This document shows positions 41,785 to 51,582 of a stretch of DNA of 64,000 nucleotides, in pieces; positions within the stretch are counted from its first letter, which is position 1; every line of letters starts with the position of its first letter. Source of the stretch: an uncultured Gemmatimonadales bacterium (GTDB lineage Bacteria > Gemmatimonadota > Gemmatimonadetes > Longimicrobiales > RSA9); assembly GCA_963783305.1 (NCBI GenBank), contig CAWAMW010000002.1, forward strand, positions 32,001-96,000, written 5' to 3'. The notes under the pieces were generated by a model. That model did no database searches. It had not been told where the DNA came from and worked only from the letters and a program-made list of their open reading frames with translations. The position numbers and the translations under genes are program-made.

Positions 41785-44232
41785 ATGAACGTGCTGAAAG
41801 AGCTGAGAGTCGCGTGGCGCGGCCTGGTGCGGACGCCGGGCTTCACGGCGGTGGCGGTGGCGACGCTGGCGCTGGGCATCGGGGCCAACACCGCGGTGTT
41901 CACGCTGGTGGACGGGGTGCTGCTGCGTCCCCTGCCCTATCCCGAGCCTGATCGGCTGGTATCGATCACGCACGAAGGGCGGGGCGGCGAGGACCAGCTG
42001 CCGATGTCGACGGGGCTCTACCTCCTGTACGGGGAGGAGGCGCGCACGCTGGAATCGCTGGCGCTCTTCCAGAGCACGGTGTCGAACTTCGTCGGCGAGG
42101 ACGGCGAGGCGCAGCGGGTGGACGGAGAGCTGGTGACGCCGTCGCTCTTCGACGTTCTCGGCGTCCCACCGCGGCTCGGACGTCCGCTCCTTCCAACCGA
42201 CGCGGAAGAGGGTGCGGAGCCGGTGGTGGTTCTCAGCCACGCGCTCTGGAGCACCCGGTTCGGCGGGGATCCGGGCGTCCTCGATCAGACCGTCCTCATG
42301 GACGGTGTATCCCGCCGCGTGGTGGGCGTGATGCCCGAGGGGTTCGCCCACGCGAGTGGTGACACCCGCCTGTGGATCCCGTTCCGCATCGATCCCCTGA
42401 CGGCGCCGCTGGCGGCGTTCGGCGCGAATGGCATCGCGCGGCTGGCGGACGGCGCGACGGTGGAGAGCGCGCACGCGGAGCTGACGAACCTCATCGCCCG
42501 TCTCGATGAGCTGCGTCCGGACGCGGTGCAGACCATCGCGTTCATGCGTGAGGTGGATCTGGGTGCCCAGGTGGAGACGCTGAAAGACGCGGTGGTGGGC
42601 GACGTTGCCCGGACGCTCTGGACGCTGCTCGGGATGGTAGGCTTCGTGCTGCTGATCGCGTGCGCGAACGTCGCCAACCTCCTGCTGGTCCGGGCGGAAG
42701 GGCGGCAGCGGGAGGTGGCGCTCCGCCGCGCGGTGGGCGCGAGCCGCTGGGACGTGATTCGGCCGTTCCTGGCGGAGAGCTTCGCGCTCGCGGCGCTGGG
42801 CGGCGGGCTGGGCGTCGCCGTGGCGGCCGTGGCCGTCCGCACGACACTCGCATTCGCGCCCACGGATATCCCGCGCATGGATGAGGTCGGGATCGATCTG
42901 CGGGTGCTGGCGTTCACCGCCGCCATCGCCATGGCCTCCGCGGTGATCTTCGGCCTCTTCCCCGCCGTGCGGTCCGGGCGCGCCGACCTGTCGAGTCAGC
43001 TCAAGGATGGCGGTGGACGTGGCGGCACGACGGGTCGGGAGCGGCACCGGGTGCGGAGCGGGCTCGTGGTGGCGCAGGTCGCCCTCGCGCTGATCCTCCT
43101 GGTGGGGTCCGGGCTCATGCTCCGCAGCATGCTGGCTCTGCTGGCCGTGGATCCCGGGTTCGATGCGGAGGGCGTTCTTACGGTGAGCGTGGCCGTGCCG
43201 CCGGGCGAGGTGGAGGGGGCGGTGGAGACGGCCGAGTTCTTCCAGCGGCTCACCGACCGGCTGGCGGCGCAGCCGGGCGTGGTGAGCGCGGGTGCGGTGA
43301 GCGCGCTGCCGCTCACGGGGCAGCTCAGCTTCGGCGGGCACACCATCGAGGACCACCCGACACAGCCGGACGAGCTGCCGCCCATGGCGTTCGGACTGTA
43401 CGCCGATCCGGGCTACCTCGAGACCATGGGGGTGGAGCTGGTGGAGGGTCGCATGCTGCAGCGCGGCGACGCGGCGAACGCGTTCCGGGGCATGGTGGTG
43501 AGCGAGAGCTATGCGGACCGATGGTGGCCGGAGGGCGGCGCGGTGGGGAAGCGGCTCCAGTGGGGCCCGGGCGAGTGGTGGGAGATCGTGGGCGTGGTGG
43601 AGGACGTCCGGCACCGAGGCCTGGCGGAAGAGAGCGAAGAGATGCTCTACCTCCCCACGTTGCTCGGCACGGCGGAGGAGCCGGTGGTGGTCCGGTCCCG
43701 CGCCATCGTGCTCCGGGTGACGGGCGACCCGGCGTCGTTCCTCCCGGTCCTCCGGCGTGAGCTGCGCGACCTGAACAGCCGCATCCCGTTCGCGAACCCG
43801 CGCACCATGCGGGAGGTGGTGGAGGCGTCGGCCGCCCAGACCTCGTTCACGATGGTGGTGCTGAGCGCCGCGTCGCTGGTGGCGCTGCTTCTGGGGGTCG
43901 TCGGGATCTACGGCGTCGTCTCGTACGTGGTGAGCCAGCGGACGCGGGAGATCGGTGTGCGCATGGCGCTCGGCGCGTCGGGCGCGACCGTCCGGCGGAT
44001 GGTGGTCAGGCAGGGCGTGAAGCTCGCCGCCATAGGCGTGGCCGTGGGGCTGCTGGGCGCATTCGCCGCGACCCGCGTTCTCGAGACGCTGCTGTATGGT
44101 GTGAGCCACACCGACCTCACGACGTACGCCGCGGTGGCGGCGATGCTGGCGGGCGTGGCGGTGCTGGCGAGCTGGGTCCCGGCCCGGCGGGCGGCCGGCG
44201 TGGATCCATCGGTCGCGCTGCGGAGCGACTGA
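41785..44232 (+). CDS. ADOP-type duplicated ABC permease (no prefix domain, no PadR)
   Basis: ATLALGIGANTAVFT, ACANVANLLLVRAEGRQRE, RTREIGVRMALGA, ARRAAGVDPSVALRSD. Confidence 0.93.
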   Translation: MNVLKELRVAWRGLVRTPGFTAVAVATLALGIGANTAVFTLVDGVLLRPLPYPEPDRLVSITHEGRGGEDQLPMSTGLYLLYGEEARTLESLALFQSTVSNFVGEDGEAQRVDGELVTPSLFDVLGVPPRLGRPLLPTDAEEGAEPVVVLSHALWSTRFGGDPGVLDQTVLMDGVSRRVVGVMPEGFAHASGDTRLWIPFRIDPLTAPLAAFGANGIARLADGATVESAHAELTNLIARLDELRPDAVQTIAFMREVDLGAQVETLKDAVVGDVARTLWTLLGMVGFVLLIACANVANLLLVRAEGRQREVALRRAVGASRWDVIRPFLAESFALAALGGGLGVAVAAVAVRTTLAFAPTDIPRMDEVGIDLRVLAFTAAIAMASAVIFGLFPAVRSGRADLSSQLKDGGGRGGTTGRERHRVRSGLVVAQVALALILLVGSGLMLRSMLALLAVDPGFDAEGVLTVSVAVPPGEVEGAVETAEFFQRLTDRLAAQPGVVSAGAVSALPLTGQLSFGGHTIEDHPTQPDELPPMAFGLYADPGYLETMGVELVEGRMLQRGDAANAFRGMVVSESYADRWWPEGGAVGKRLQWGPGEWWEIVGVVEDVRHRGLAEESEEMLYLPTLLGTAEEPVVVRSRAIVLRVTGDPASFLPVLRRELRDLNSRIPFANPRTMREVVEASAAQTSFTMVVLSAASLVALLLGVVGIYGVVSYVVSQRTREIGVRMALGASGATVRRMVVRQGVKLAAIGVAVGLLGAFAATRVLETLLYGVSHTDLTTYAAVAAMLAGVAVLASWVPARRAAGVDPSVALRSD

Positions 44233-44280
44233 CCGGGCGATTGCGGCCGGGAGTCGGAAGCCACAAGCTACTCCTCTTCC

Positions 44281-45123
44281 ACGTGCGCAGCCCGCGCCCT
44301 GCTCGTTGCAGCCGCGCTCGGGGCGGTGGCCCTCCAACCCGCCGCGGCCGCGGCCCAGGGCGATGACGGCTACGTGGTGCGGGACCTGGCGCCCGGCGTG
44401 TTCACGGCCGTGGCGCCCGACGGGGTGCCGTCGTACCTGTTCGCGAACTCCCTCGTGGTGATGGGCGACGATGGCGTGCTGGTGGTGGACTCCGGTGATC
44501 GGCCGGAACTGGCGCACGCGCTGATCGCGCTGATCCGGGAGCGCACGGAGCGGCCGGTTCGCTGGCTGGTGAACACCCACTGGCACGGCGACCATGTGCG
44601 CGGGAACGCGGTGTTCAGGGAGGCGTTCCCGCAGGTCCGAATCCTGTCGACACCCACCACGCGGGACAGCATCGCCACGGGCGGGCCGCGGCAGGTGGCG
44701 GAGAACGTGGCGCGACAGCGCGACGCGCGGGCGCGGCTGGCGGCGATGATGGACACGGCCGACACCGCGCTCCGGGCGCGGATCCGGGTGGCCGACTCGG
44801 TGCGCCGTCGGGAGACGACCCCCGGGACGGAAACGGCTACAGCAGCCGGGTCGCCGACGTGGACGAGGTACACGGATTCATCCGCCGCGGACATCGTCTC
44901 GCTCCCAGGCGGCCACTGCGATGGGATCGAGATGATCGATGATGACGTTCTGATCGCCAGCCAGGACGACACGTCGCTCCACCTGGTGGGGCACGGCGGA
45001 GTACGCCGCGTCAACATCACCCGCGGTCGCCCCGCCGATCTGGGGATCGACACCCACCGCGGACGCGTCGCCGTCCCGTACGTTGCCCTCGGCCGCGTCG
45101 ACATCTGGCCGCTCGCCCCATAG
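44281..45123 (+). pseudogene. Chimeric ORF: MBL-fold N-half fused to the C-terminus of an SMP-30/gluconolactonase-like propeller
   Basis: Signal-peptide-like stretch with no start codon upstream of it; VLVVDSG, VNTHWHGDHVRGN; MBL C-half missing; ends HCDGIEM...PADLGIDTHRGRVAVPY..GRVDIWPL. Confidence 0.6.
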
Positions 45124-45170
45124 CTTCCACGCGGCACCGCAACATCACCACCGGAGCGAAAGAGATCGCC

Positions 45171-47030
45171 GTGGAAGGACGATCAGTGAAGTCGGCCGAG
45201 GGCATCCCCCTGGAGCCATTCGAGCGGGACACGCTGGCGCGGGTGTTCACCGACGCCGTGGACCGGTTCGGTGCCGCGGAGGCGCTCCGGTCGAAGGTGG
45301 ACGGCGAGTGGGTCGGGCTGACGCACCACGAGGTGGCGGACATGGTCGGTCGGCTCGTGGCTGCGCTCCGCGCGCGGGGCGTCCACCGGGGCGACCGCGT
45401 GGCGCTGCTGGCCGAGAATCGGCCGGAGTGGGTGATCACCGACTTCGCGTGCGCCTGCGCCGGGGCGGTGAGTGTACCGGTCTACCCGTCGCTCCCGGCG
45501 GAGCAGGTGGGCGCGATCCTGGAGGACGCGGAGCCCCGTGTGGTGATCGCCTCCACGGTGCCGCAGCTCGAGAAGGTCCTGGCCATCCGCCACCGGATTC
45601 CCGCCCTCACCCACCTGGTGGTTATCGACGGGGAGCCCGGGGCTGTGGCGCCGGCAGAGACGTGGGCGGAGCTGCAGCAGACGCCAGCCGAGCCGGGGCT
45701 CGTGGACAAGGCGCGACGTGCGCGGCCGGACGATCTCGCCACCCTCATCTACACGTCGGGGACCACGGGGACGCCGAAGGGGGCCATGCTGACGCAGGGC
45801 AACCTGGCCTACATGGTCACGGCCACCCGCCAGCACGGCTCCGTGCCCGCCTCGCCGGGCGAGGTTGCGCTGTCGATCCTGCCGCTGTCCCACGTGCTCG
45901 AGCGGGCTGCGTCCCTCTACTTCTGGGACACTGGCGTGACCCTCGCCTTTGCCGAGTCCATGGACACCGTGGCCGAGAACCTCCTGGAGGTCCGGCCCCA
46001 CGTCATGGTCTCGGTGCCGCGCCTCTTCGAGAAGATCCACCACAAGGTCATGGCGGGTACGGGGATCCGGGGGCGGATCGCCCGCTGGGCCGCCGACGTG
46101 GGTGGGCGAGTGGTGGATCAGCGGCTGGCCGACGCGCCCGTCTCCCCCGCGGACGGTGTGCAGTTCGGCGTTGCCGACCGGCTCGTCTTCAACAAGCTGC
46201 GAGAGCGGACGGGCGGGCGGCTTCGAGGCTTCATCTCCGGTGGCGCTCCACTGGCCGCGGACGTGGCTCGTCTGTTCTTCGCGGCGGGCATGCCCATCTT
46301 CGAGGGGTACGGTCTGACGGAAACATCGCCGGTGCTGGCAGTGAACCAGCCGGGGGCGACCCGGCTCGGCACCGTGGGCCGACCCTACCCCGGCGTGCGG
46401 CTCCACCTGGGCGACCACGACGAGATCCTCGCGCAGACCCCTGGCCTCATGCGCGGCTACTGGAAGGACCCGGATGCCACCGCCGCGGCCATCGACGATG
46501 ACGGGTGGTTCCACACCGGCGACATCGGCGTGATCGATGCCGATGGCTTCGTCCAGATCACCGACCGACTCAAGGACATCCTGGTCACCGCGGGCGGCAA
46601 GAACATCGCGCCGCAGCCCATCGAGCTCCACGCCACGCGCTCGCCCTACGTGGCTCAGGCGGTGCTCATCGCCGACCGGCGGCCGTTCCCCGTCCTCCTG
46701 GTGGTCCCGGACTGGGAGCGGCTGGCGGAGTGGGCGAGCGCGGCGGGCGTCCGGGTAACCGATCGCGAGCAAGCGGCCGCGGATGACCGGGTCGTGCGGT
46801 TCATGGAGTCGCAGACGCTCGGTCGGATGGAGCGCTTCGCGCGCCACGAGACGCCCAAGCGCATCGCGGTGCTGCCGCGTGAGCTCACCATGGAGGAGGC
46901 GCTCCTGACCCCCACGCTCAAGGTCAGGCGGAGGGCGGTGGAACAGCGGTTCGCGGCCCTCATTGACCGCCTGTACGAGCCCACCCACAGTCCTCGCGAC
47001 GTGGTACCGGCGGGCGGCGCGCACCACTGA
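45171..47030 (+). CDS. Long-chain fatty acid-CoA ligase
   Basis: LIYTSGTTGTPKGAML, EGYGLTETSP, GWFHTGDIG, ITDRLKDILVTAGGKNIAP, LTPTLKVRR. Confidence 0.95.
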   Translation: MEGRSVKSAEGIPLEPFERDTLARVFTDAVDRFGAAEALRSKVDGEWVGLTHHEVADMVGRLVAALRARGVHRGDRVALLAENRPEWVITDFACACAGAVSVPVYPSLPAEQVGAILEDAEPRVVIASTVPQLEKVLAIRHRIPALTHLVVIDGEPGAVAPAETWAELQQTPAEPGLVDKARRARPDDLATLIYTSGTTGTPKGAMLTQGNLAYMVTATRQHGSVPASPGEVALSILPLSHVLERAASLYFWDTGVTLAFAESMDTVAENLLEVRPHVMVSVPRLFEKIHHKVMAGTGIRGRIARWAADVGGRVVDQRLADAPVSPADGVQFGVADRLVFNKLRERTGGRLRGFISGGAPLAADVARLFFAAGMPIFEGYGLTETSPVLAVNQPGATRLGTVGRPYPGVRLHLGDHDEILAQTPGLMRGYWKDPDATAAAIDDDGWFHTGDIGVIDADGFVQITDRLKDILVTAGGKNIAPQPIELHATRSPYVAQAVLIADRRPFPVLLVVPDWERLAEWASAAGVRVTDREQAAADDRVVRFMESQTLGRMERFARHETPKRIAVLPRELTMEEALLTPTLKVRRRAVEQRFAALIDRLYEPTHSPRDVVPAGGAHH

Positions 47031-47049
47031 GCCCACCGGCGGCGGAGTC

Positions 47050-48327
47050 TCAGCCGGCGCCGGGGCTCCCTCCCTCCTCGAAGAGGCTCCGCTGCTCCAG
47101 CACCATGTCGCGCTTGCGGAACTTGTCCAGGTACATGGCGCTGTCCGCGCGCCCGATGGCACTCGCGAGCGACTCGTTCTCCGCCCGCTGGACGCTCCCA
47201 ACGCTCACGTCGATGCCCATGCCGGAAAGGCCGGGCACCGGACCGATCTCGGACAGCGTCTCGGCAATCCTCTCCGCGAGCGTGCAGGCATCGGTGTGGG
47301 TGGATATGCACAGGAATTCGTCCCCACCCCAGCGGAATACAACGACGTGTTCCAGTCCGGCCGAGAGGTGAGCGGCCAGGTGGGCCAGGGCGGCATCGCC
47401 CGCCGCGTGACCGCGCTCGTCGTTGATGTCCTTGAGATTGTCCATGTCGAGCATTGCCACCGCGAGCGACGGCGACTCCGCCCAGCCACGGTCCCGGGCC
47501 AATTCCTCGAATGCGCGCCGATTGAACACCCCGGTCAGCTCGTCGTAGCGGGAGACGCGCCGCAACTGGTCGTGCGCCTCCTCCAGCTCCCGGTGCAGGA
47601 CGACCAGCCGGTCCTGCATGCTCCGGCTCGCGACGTGCCCCAGCGCGAACGCGAGCGAGAGGTGTCCGAACATGTCGACGTAACTGTTCAGCTGCACCAG
47701 TCGCAGGAGCGGGCCGCCGAGCGGCACGGCCACCGGAGCGCGGGTGAACGCTAAATTGTAGGTCAGCCAAAGCAGTGCGATGCCGGCAGCGGCGATGGCG
47801 GCGGGGCCGGTTCCGGCCAGGCGGTCGCCCCGGGGACCCAGCCGAGGCGTGAAGACGAGGGCGGTCGCGGCGAACAGCGGCACGATGATCGGCACCTGCC
47901 ACTGGACCAGACCGTACGGATCGTACGTCATGGCGGTCGACAGTGCCGCATACCCCAGGAGGGCCAGCGCGGCGCCCGTCAGCGCCGTTGCGGGCATCCG
48001 GAACCCTCTCAGCATGAGACCGCCCAGCAGCAGGAGCCCGGCATACATGAGCTTCCCGCCCTGGTAGACGAAGTCCAACGCGTTGCTCATGGCCGACGAA
48101 GACTGGAGCGCCTGGTGATCCAGGTCCGGCAGGAAGAGATACCGCGCGAGCATGGCGGCAATGGCCACCAGCGCGGCCACCCATGCCAGGGTCCAGACGA
48201 CCACCACCCCCCCGATGGCGCTGACCCGGCAGAGCAGCACGAACGCCAGCACGATCACGCTCAGAGCAGTGAGCTGTGCGGCAAGCCCGTGGACCGCCGA
48301 GAGTCCTCCGATATCGATGATGGACAT
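47050..48327 (-). CDS. Membrane-bound diguanylate cyclase
   Basis: About 8 TM segments, YDELTGVFNRR, DMDNLKDINDERGHAAGD, FRWGGDEF, ADSAMYLDK. Start uncertain. Confidence 0.9.
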   Translation of the reverse strand: MSIIDIGGLSAVHGLAAQLTALSVIVLAFVLLCRVSAIGGVVVVWTLAWVAALVAIAAMLARYLFLPDLDHQALQSSSAMSNALDFVYQGGKLMYAGLLLLGGLMLRGFRMPATALTGAALALLGYAALSTAMTYDPYGLVQWQVPIIVPLFAATALVFTPRLGPRGDRLAGTGPAAIAAAGIALLWLTYNLAFTRAPVAVPLGGPLLRLVQLNSYVDMFGHLSLAFALGHVASRSMQDRLVVLHRELEEAHDQLRRVSRYDELTGVFNRRAFEELARDRGWAESPSLAVAMLDMDNLKDINDERGHAAGDAALAHLAAHLSAGLEHVVVFRWGGDEFLCISTHTDACTLAERIAETLSEIGPVPGLSGMGIDVSVGSVQRAENESLASAIGRADSAMYLDKFRKRDMVLEQRSLFEEGGSPGAG

Positions 48328-48571
48328 GCTGCGCGCCTGAATGCGAACGACGGCGACGCTGCGAGGGCGGGGGGTCGAGCGCCGGCTCACAGTACGTGAA
48401 TTTCAGTACACAATATGCACCACCGCGCCGCTCGGCCATAGCGGCTCACCCGCGTGGATGCGCCGCACAGCATCGACGATCACGGCGAGCCGGCCCCTCC
48501 CCCTCTGGGGGGTCCCGCGACGTCAGGCGCCGTCAGCCGCCTCGTCGTCGTCCACCTCGAAAGGGGGACGG

Positions 48572-49468
48572 TCAGGGATCGGCCCGACCGTGGAATACGC
48601 TCGCCGAATCCAGCCCCGCCGCCTGGCCCTGGAGCTCGAGGAACTGCCCCACCACCAGGCGCGGGATCACCCGGCCGTACGAGGTGCTGCCCCCTTCACG
48701 GTACCGGTGCTGCCCCTGATTGACGCCGACAACACGGCCTTCCAGATCGAACGTCGGCCCACCGCTGACACCGGGGAAGAGGAAGAGGTCCACCTCGAGG
48801 ACGTTGGTGGACGGATCACCCGGCTCGAGTGTGCGGTACCCGCTGCTGAACCCCGCCGTGAACCGGCGAAACACCGTGTACTCGCTCGTCACGGCCGCCC
48901 GCGCGGTGTCCACCACCCCTCCCTCCGGGAGGCCGTACCCGATGGTGGCCAGCGGCCAACCCATGGGCACGTGGCCGTCGCTCCAGCGGAGAGGAACCAG
49001 CGAGGTGTCGGCAATCGCCAGCAGGCTGAGGTCGCGCTCCACGTCCAGCGCCAGCACCCGCGCCGGGTAGAGCGTGGATCCCGTGTCGGTCTGCACCAGG
49101 ACGTGCAGCCGCGGCACAAGCGTGGAGTCCCCTCGCACGACCACGTGCGCGTTGCTCAGCAGCACACCGTTTCGCCCCACCACGAAGGCCGTGCCCACCG
49201 GGCCGAACGCCGTGAGATCAACGCCGAGCGCCGGCTTGCTCCCCCAGACCGAGTGCACCGAGGACCGCACCCGCTCCGCCGCCACCGTCCAGTTCCCGAC
49301 CCCGGGCGTAGACTCCCCCTCCGACGGCCCGGCCTCACCCCCGGCGCAGCCCGCCCACAGCACCACCGCCCCCACGACCCACAGCCGATTGATCAGCCCC
49401 AAGGCCGCGCCCACGCCCGTCCGCGCGCGCCGCTCCCGCTTCCTCGTCCCGCTCGTGTTTGCGCTCAT
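48572..49468 (-). CDS. Trypsin-like (S1) serine protease, probable lipoprotein
   Basis: GTAFVV, SNAHVV, DLSLL, PGVSGGP catalytic triad motifs; LWAGC lipobox-like. Confidence 0.85.
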   Translation of the reverse strand: MSANTSGTRKRERRARTGVGAALGLINRLWVVGAVVLWAGCAGGEAGPSEGESTPGVGNWTVAAERVRSSVHSVWGSKPALGVDLTAFGPVGTAFVVGRNGVLLSNAHVVVRGDSTLVPRLHVLVQTDTGSTLYPARVLALDVERDLSLLAIADTSLVPLRWSDGHVPMGWPLATIGYGLPEGGVVDTARAAVTSEYTVFRRFTAGFSSGYRTLEPGDPSTNVLEVDLFLFPGVSGGPTFDLEGRVVGVNQGQHRYREGGSTSYGRVIPRLVVGQFLELQGQAAGLDSASVFHGRADP

Positions 49469-49496
49469 GATCGGGAATGGTACGCACGCACCCGCA

Positions 49497-49532
49497 CAAA
49501 AGAAAACGGGCTGCCATGAAGGCAGCCCGTTT
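49497..49532 (-). terminator. Intrinsic terminator
   Basis: AAACGGGCUGCC-uucau-GGCAGCCCGUUU whose U run continues UCUUUU on the minus strand. Confidence 0.85.
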
Positions 49533-49712
49533 AAACTCGGAGATCAGGGGCGAGGACAGCGCCCGGCCGGCGCACGGAAGGCGCCAAGGAAGCCGGAATC
49601 CCCCCCAGAATGACTTGCGTCGCGCTGTCGCTCGACACCCTTCACTCACGAGATATTTCCTGCTGTGAGGCACCCGAACTGGCGTGCCGCCACCATTGAC
49701 TATATGGTCAAC
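49497..49712 (-). ncRNA. Candidate ~215-nt structured small RNA or leader
   Basis: Bounded by a sigma70 promoter and an intrinsic terminator. Long stem, GAC-GCAA-GUC GNRA hairpin, CU-rich loops; no convincing ORF. Confidence 0.55.
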
Positions 49713-49747
49713 ACCCAGAGTCTAACACGCACTGATCGATGGGTCAA
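49696..49747. promoter_or_regulatory. Twin palindromic operators overlapping a minus-strand sigma70 promoter
   Basis: TTGAC-TATATG-GTCAA (49696-49711) and CTGAT-CGATGG-GTCAA (49732-49747). Minus-strand TTGACC (49747-49742)-17 nt-TAGACT (49724-49719) with extended TGn. Confidence 0.75.
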
Positions 49748-49757
49748 TAGGGGGCCA

Positions 49758-50378
49758 ATGCCAGGTCAGAGACTGCCGGAAGAAGAGCGCAGGGATGAGA
49801 TCCTGACGGGTGCGTTCCAGGTGGCGGTACGGGACAAGCTGCGGGGGCTGACCATGAGCGCGGTGGCGCAGGAGGCCGGGGTAAGCAAGGGGCTGGTCTT
49901 CTTCCATTTCGAAGGGAAGGAGGCGCTGCTGCTGGCGTTGCTGGACTGGTTGCTGGAGGGGGGTCCACGGGTGGAAGTGCCGCCGTCGCTGAACCTGGAT
50001 GAACGATCCCACCCGGCCCGGCGGCTGGTGGGGCTGCTGCGGCACCAGGTAGCGTTGCTGCCGCGTCGTCGTCAGCGGGTCGAGCTGTTCCTGGATTTCT
50101 GGGTGATGGGCACGACGCTGCCGGAGGCGCAGCTGCGGATCCGGGACGCGTTCGAGCGGTACCGTTCGGAGTTCCTGCCGTACACACGTCCGGTGGTGGA
50201 GGCGCTGCCGGGCCGGTTCGACGCCGACGGAGCGGAGGGTCTGTCGGGTGTGATCGTGAGCTTCATCCAGGGTTGTGCGCTGCAGCTGATCGCGGACCCG
50301 GACCGGTTCGATGTCGATCAGTACATGCGGGCGGTGGAAGGACTGGTATTGCGCGAGTACGGCCAGCTCTCCGACTGA
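49758..50378 (+). CDS. TetR/AcrR family regulator
   Basis: RRDEILTGAF..LTMSAVAQEAGVSKGLVFFHFEGKEALL HTH. Confidence 0.92.
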   Translation: MPGQRLPEEERRDEILTGAFQVAVRDKLRGLTMSAVAQEAGVSKGLVFFHFEGKEALLLALLDWLLEGGPRVEVPPSLNLDERSHPARRLVGLLRHQVALLPRRRQRVELFLDFWVMGTTLPEAQLRIRDAFERYRSEFLPYTRPVVEALPGRFDADGAEGLSGVIVSFIQGCALQLIADPDRFDVDQYMRAVEGLVLREYGQLSD

Positions 50379-51400
50379 TGCGACGGTTCGAGCCCGCGCG
50401 GTGGCTGTGGAACCCGCACGTACAGACGATCGCCGGCAAGCTGCTGCGGCCGGCGCTGGATGTGCCGCTGCGCAGGGAGCGCCTGGAGACTCCGGACGGC
50501 GATTTTCTGGACCTCGACCACGCTGGCGACGCCGATGGGATCGCGGAGTCGGCGCCGGTGGTGGTCGTGCTGCATGGACTCGAGGGTGCGAGCACGCGGC
50601 GGTATATGGGCACGACGTACCGGGCTCTCATGGCGCGCGGGCTCCGGCCGGTCGGCATGAACTTCCGCGGTTGCAGTGGTGAGCCGAACCGCACGGCGCG
50701 GGCGTACCATTCCGGGGAGACGGGAGACCTGCGATTCGTGCTGGATACGCTCCGCTCGCGGGCCGCCGGTCCCCTTGGACTGGTGGGCTATTCTCTCGGG
50801 GGCAACGTGACGCTGAAGTTTCTGGGCGAGGCGGGCGCATCGGGGCGCGTGCGAGGGGCGGGCGAGAGGGGCGAGGTGGGGGAGGCGGCGGAGGACCTGG
50901 TCTCCGCGGCTGCCGCTGTGTCGATCCCATTCGACCTGCGCGCCGGAGCCCGCGCACTGGAAGATTCGGTAATGGGTCGCTGGATCTACACCCGCTACTT
51001 CATGCGCAATCTGCGCCCGAAGATGCTGGCGAAGGGCGCGCTGGCGGCGAGCGCATGCGACCTGGACGCCGTGCGGCGCTCCCGTACCATCCGCGAGTTC
51101 GACGACGCCGTCACCGCCCCGATCTTCGGCTTCGAAAGCGCCGCGGGCTATTACGCCAGCGAGAGCTCTCATCAGTATATCCCCGGCATTCGAGTGCCGA
51201 CCCTCGTGGTCCACTCGCGGGACGACCCGTTCCTCCCCGCCGACGCCATCCCCGAGGCCGCCCTCGCCGCGAATCCCGCCACCACAGCCCTCATCACCGA
51301 GCGCGGCGGCCACCAGGGCTACATAGCGGGGTCCATCCTTCGTCCGCGCTTCTGGGTGGAGGAGGTGGTGGCGGACTTCATGAGGGCGCGGCTCACGTAG
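50378..51400 (+). CDS. YheT-family alpha/beta hydrolase
   Basis: NPHVQTI, TPDGDFLDLD, LHGLEG, NFRGCSGEPN..AYHSGETGD, GYSLGGN, DDPF, GGHQGY; TGATG coupling to TetR. Confidence 0.92.
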   Translation: MRRFEPARWLWNPHVQTIAGKLLRPALDVPLRRERLETPDGDFLDLDHAGDADGIAESAPVVVVLHGLEGASTRRYMGTTYRALMARGLRPVGMNFRGCSGEPNRTARAYHSGETGDLRFVLDTLRSRAAGPLGLVGYSLGGNVTLKFLGEAGASGRVRGAGERGEVGEAAEDLVSAAAAVSIPFDLRAGARALEDSVMGRWIYTRYFMRNLRPKMLAKGALAASACDLDAVRRSRTIREFDDAVTAPIFGFESAAGYYASESSHQYIPGIRVPTLVVHSRDDPFLPADAIPEAALAANPATTALITERGGHQGYIAGSILRPRFWVEEVVADFMRARLT

Positions 51401-51430
51401 TCGCCCCCCGCTCCTCGCCCGTGCACCCCC

Positions 51431-51459
51431 TTGACCGTCTCGGCCTGGCCATCTATCCT
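51431..51459 (+). promoter_or_regulatory. sigma70 promoter of the his operon
   Basis: TTGACC-17 nt-TATCCT, 8 nt before the leader ATG. Confidence 0.75.
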
Positions 51460-51467
51460 CCGGGACC

Positions 51468-51548
51468 ATGACGAACGCGATCCAGATGAACCGGCATCAC
51501 CATCATCATCACGGCCCGACGGGCTACGGTGGTGGCGTGCGTTCATGA
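51468..51548 (+). CDS. hisL: his operon leader peptide
   Basis: MTNAIQMNRHHHHHHGPTGYGGGVRS*, six consecutive His codons (51495-51512). Confidence 0.9.
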   Translation: MTNAIQMNRHHHHHHGPTGYGGGVRS

Positions 51549-51582
51549 TCTAGACCGACCAAACAGCGCGCTGGCCAACGTG

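Noticed and set aside
49497..49712. SRP RNA, 6S RNA, tRNA or a known riboswitch (TPP, SAM, cobalamin, c-di-GMP, c-di-AMP)
   Set aside because: Diagnostic motifs were not found by eye. Left unassigned pending an Rfam scan.
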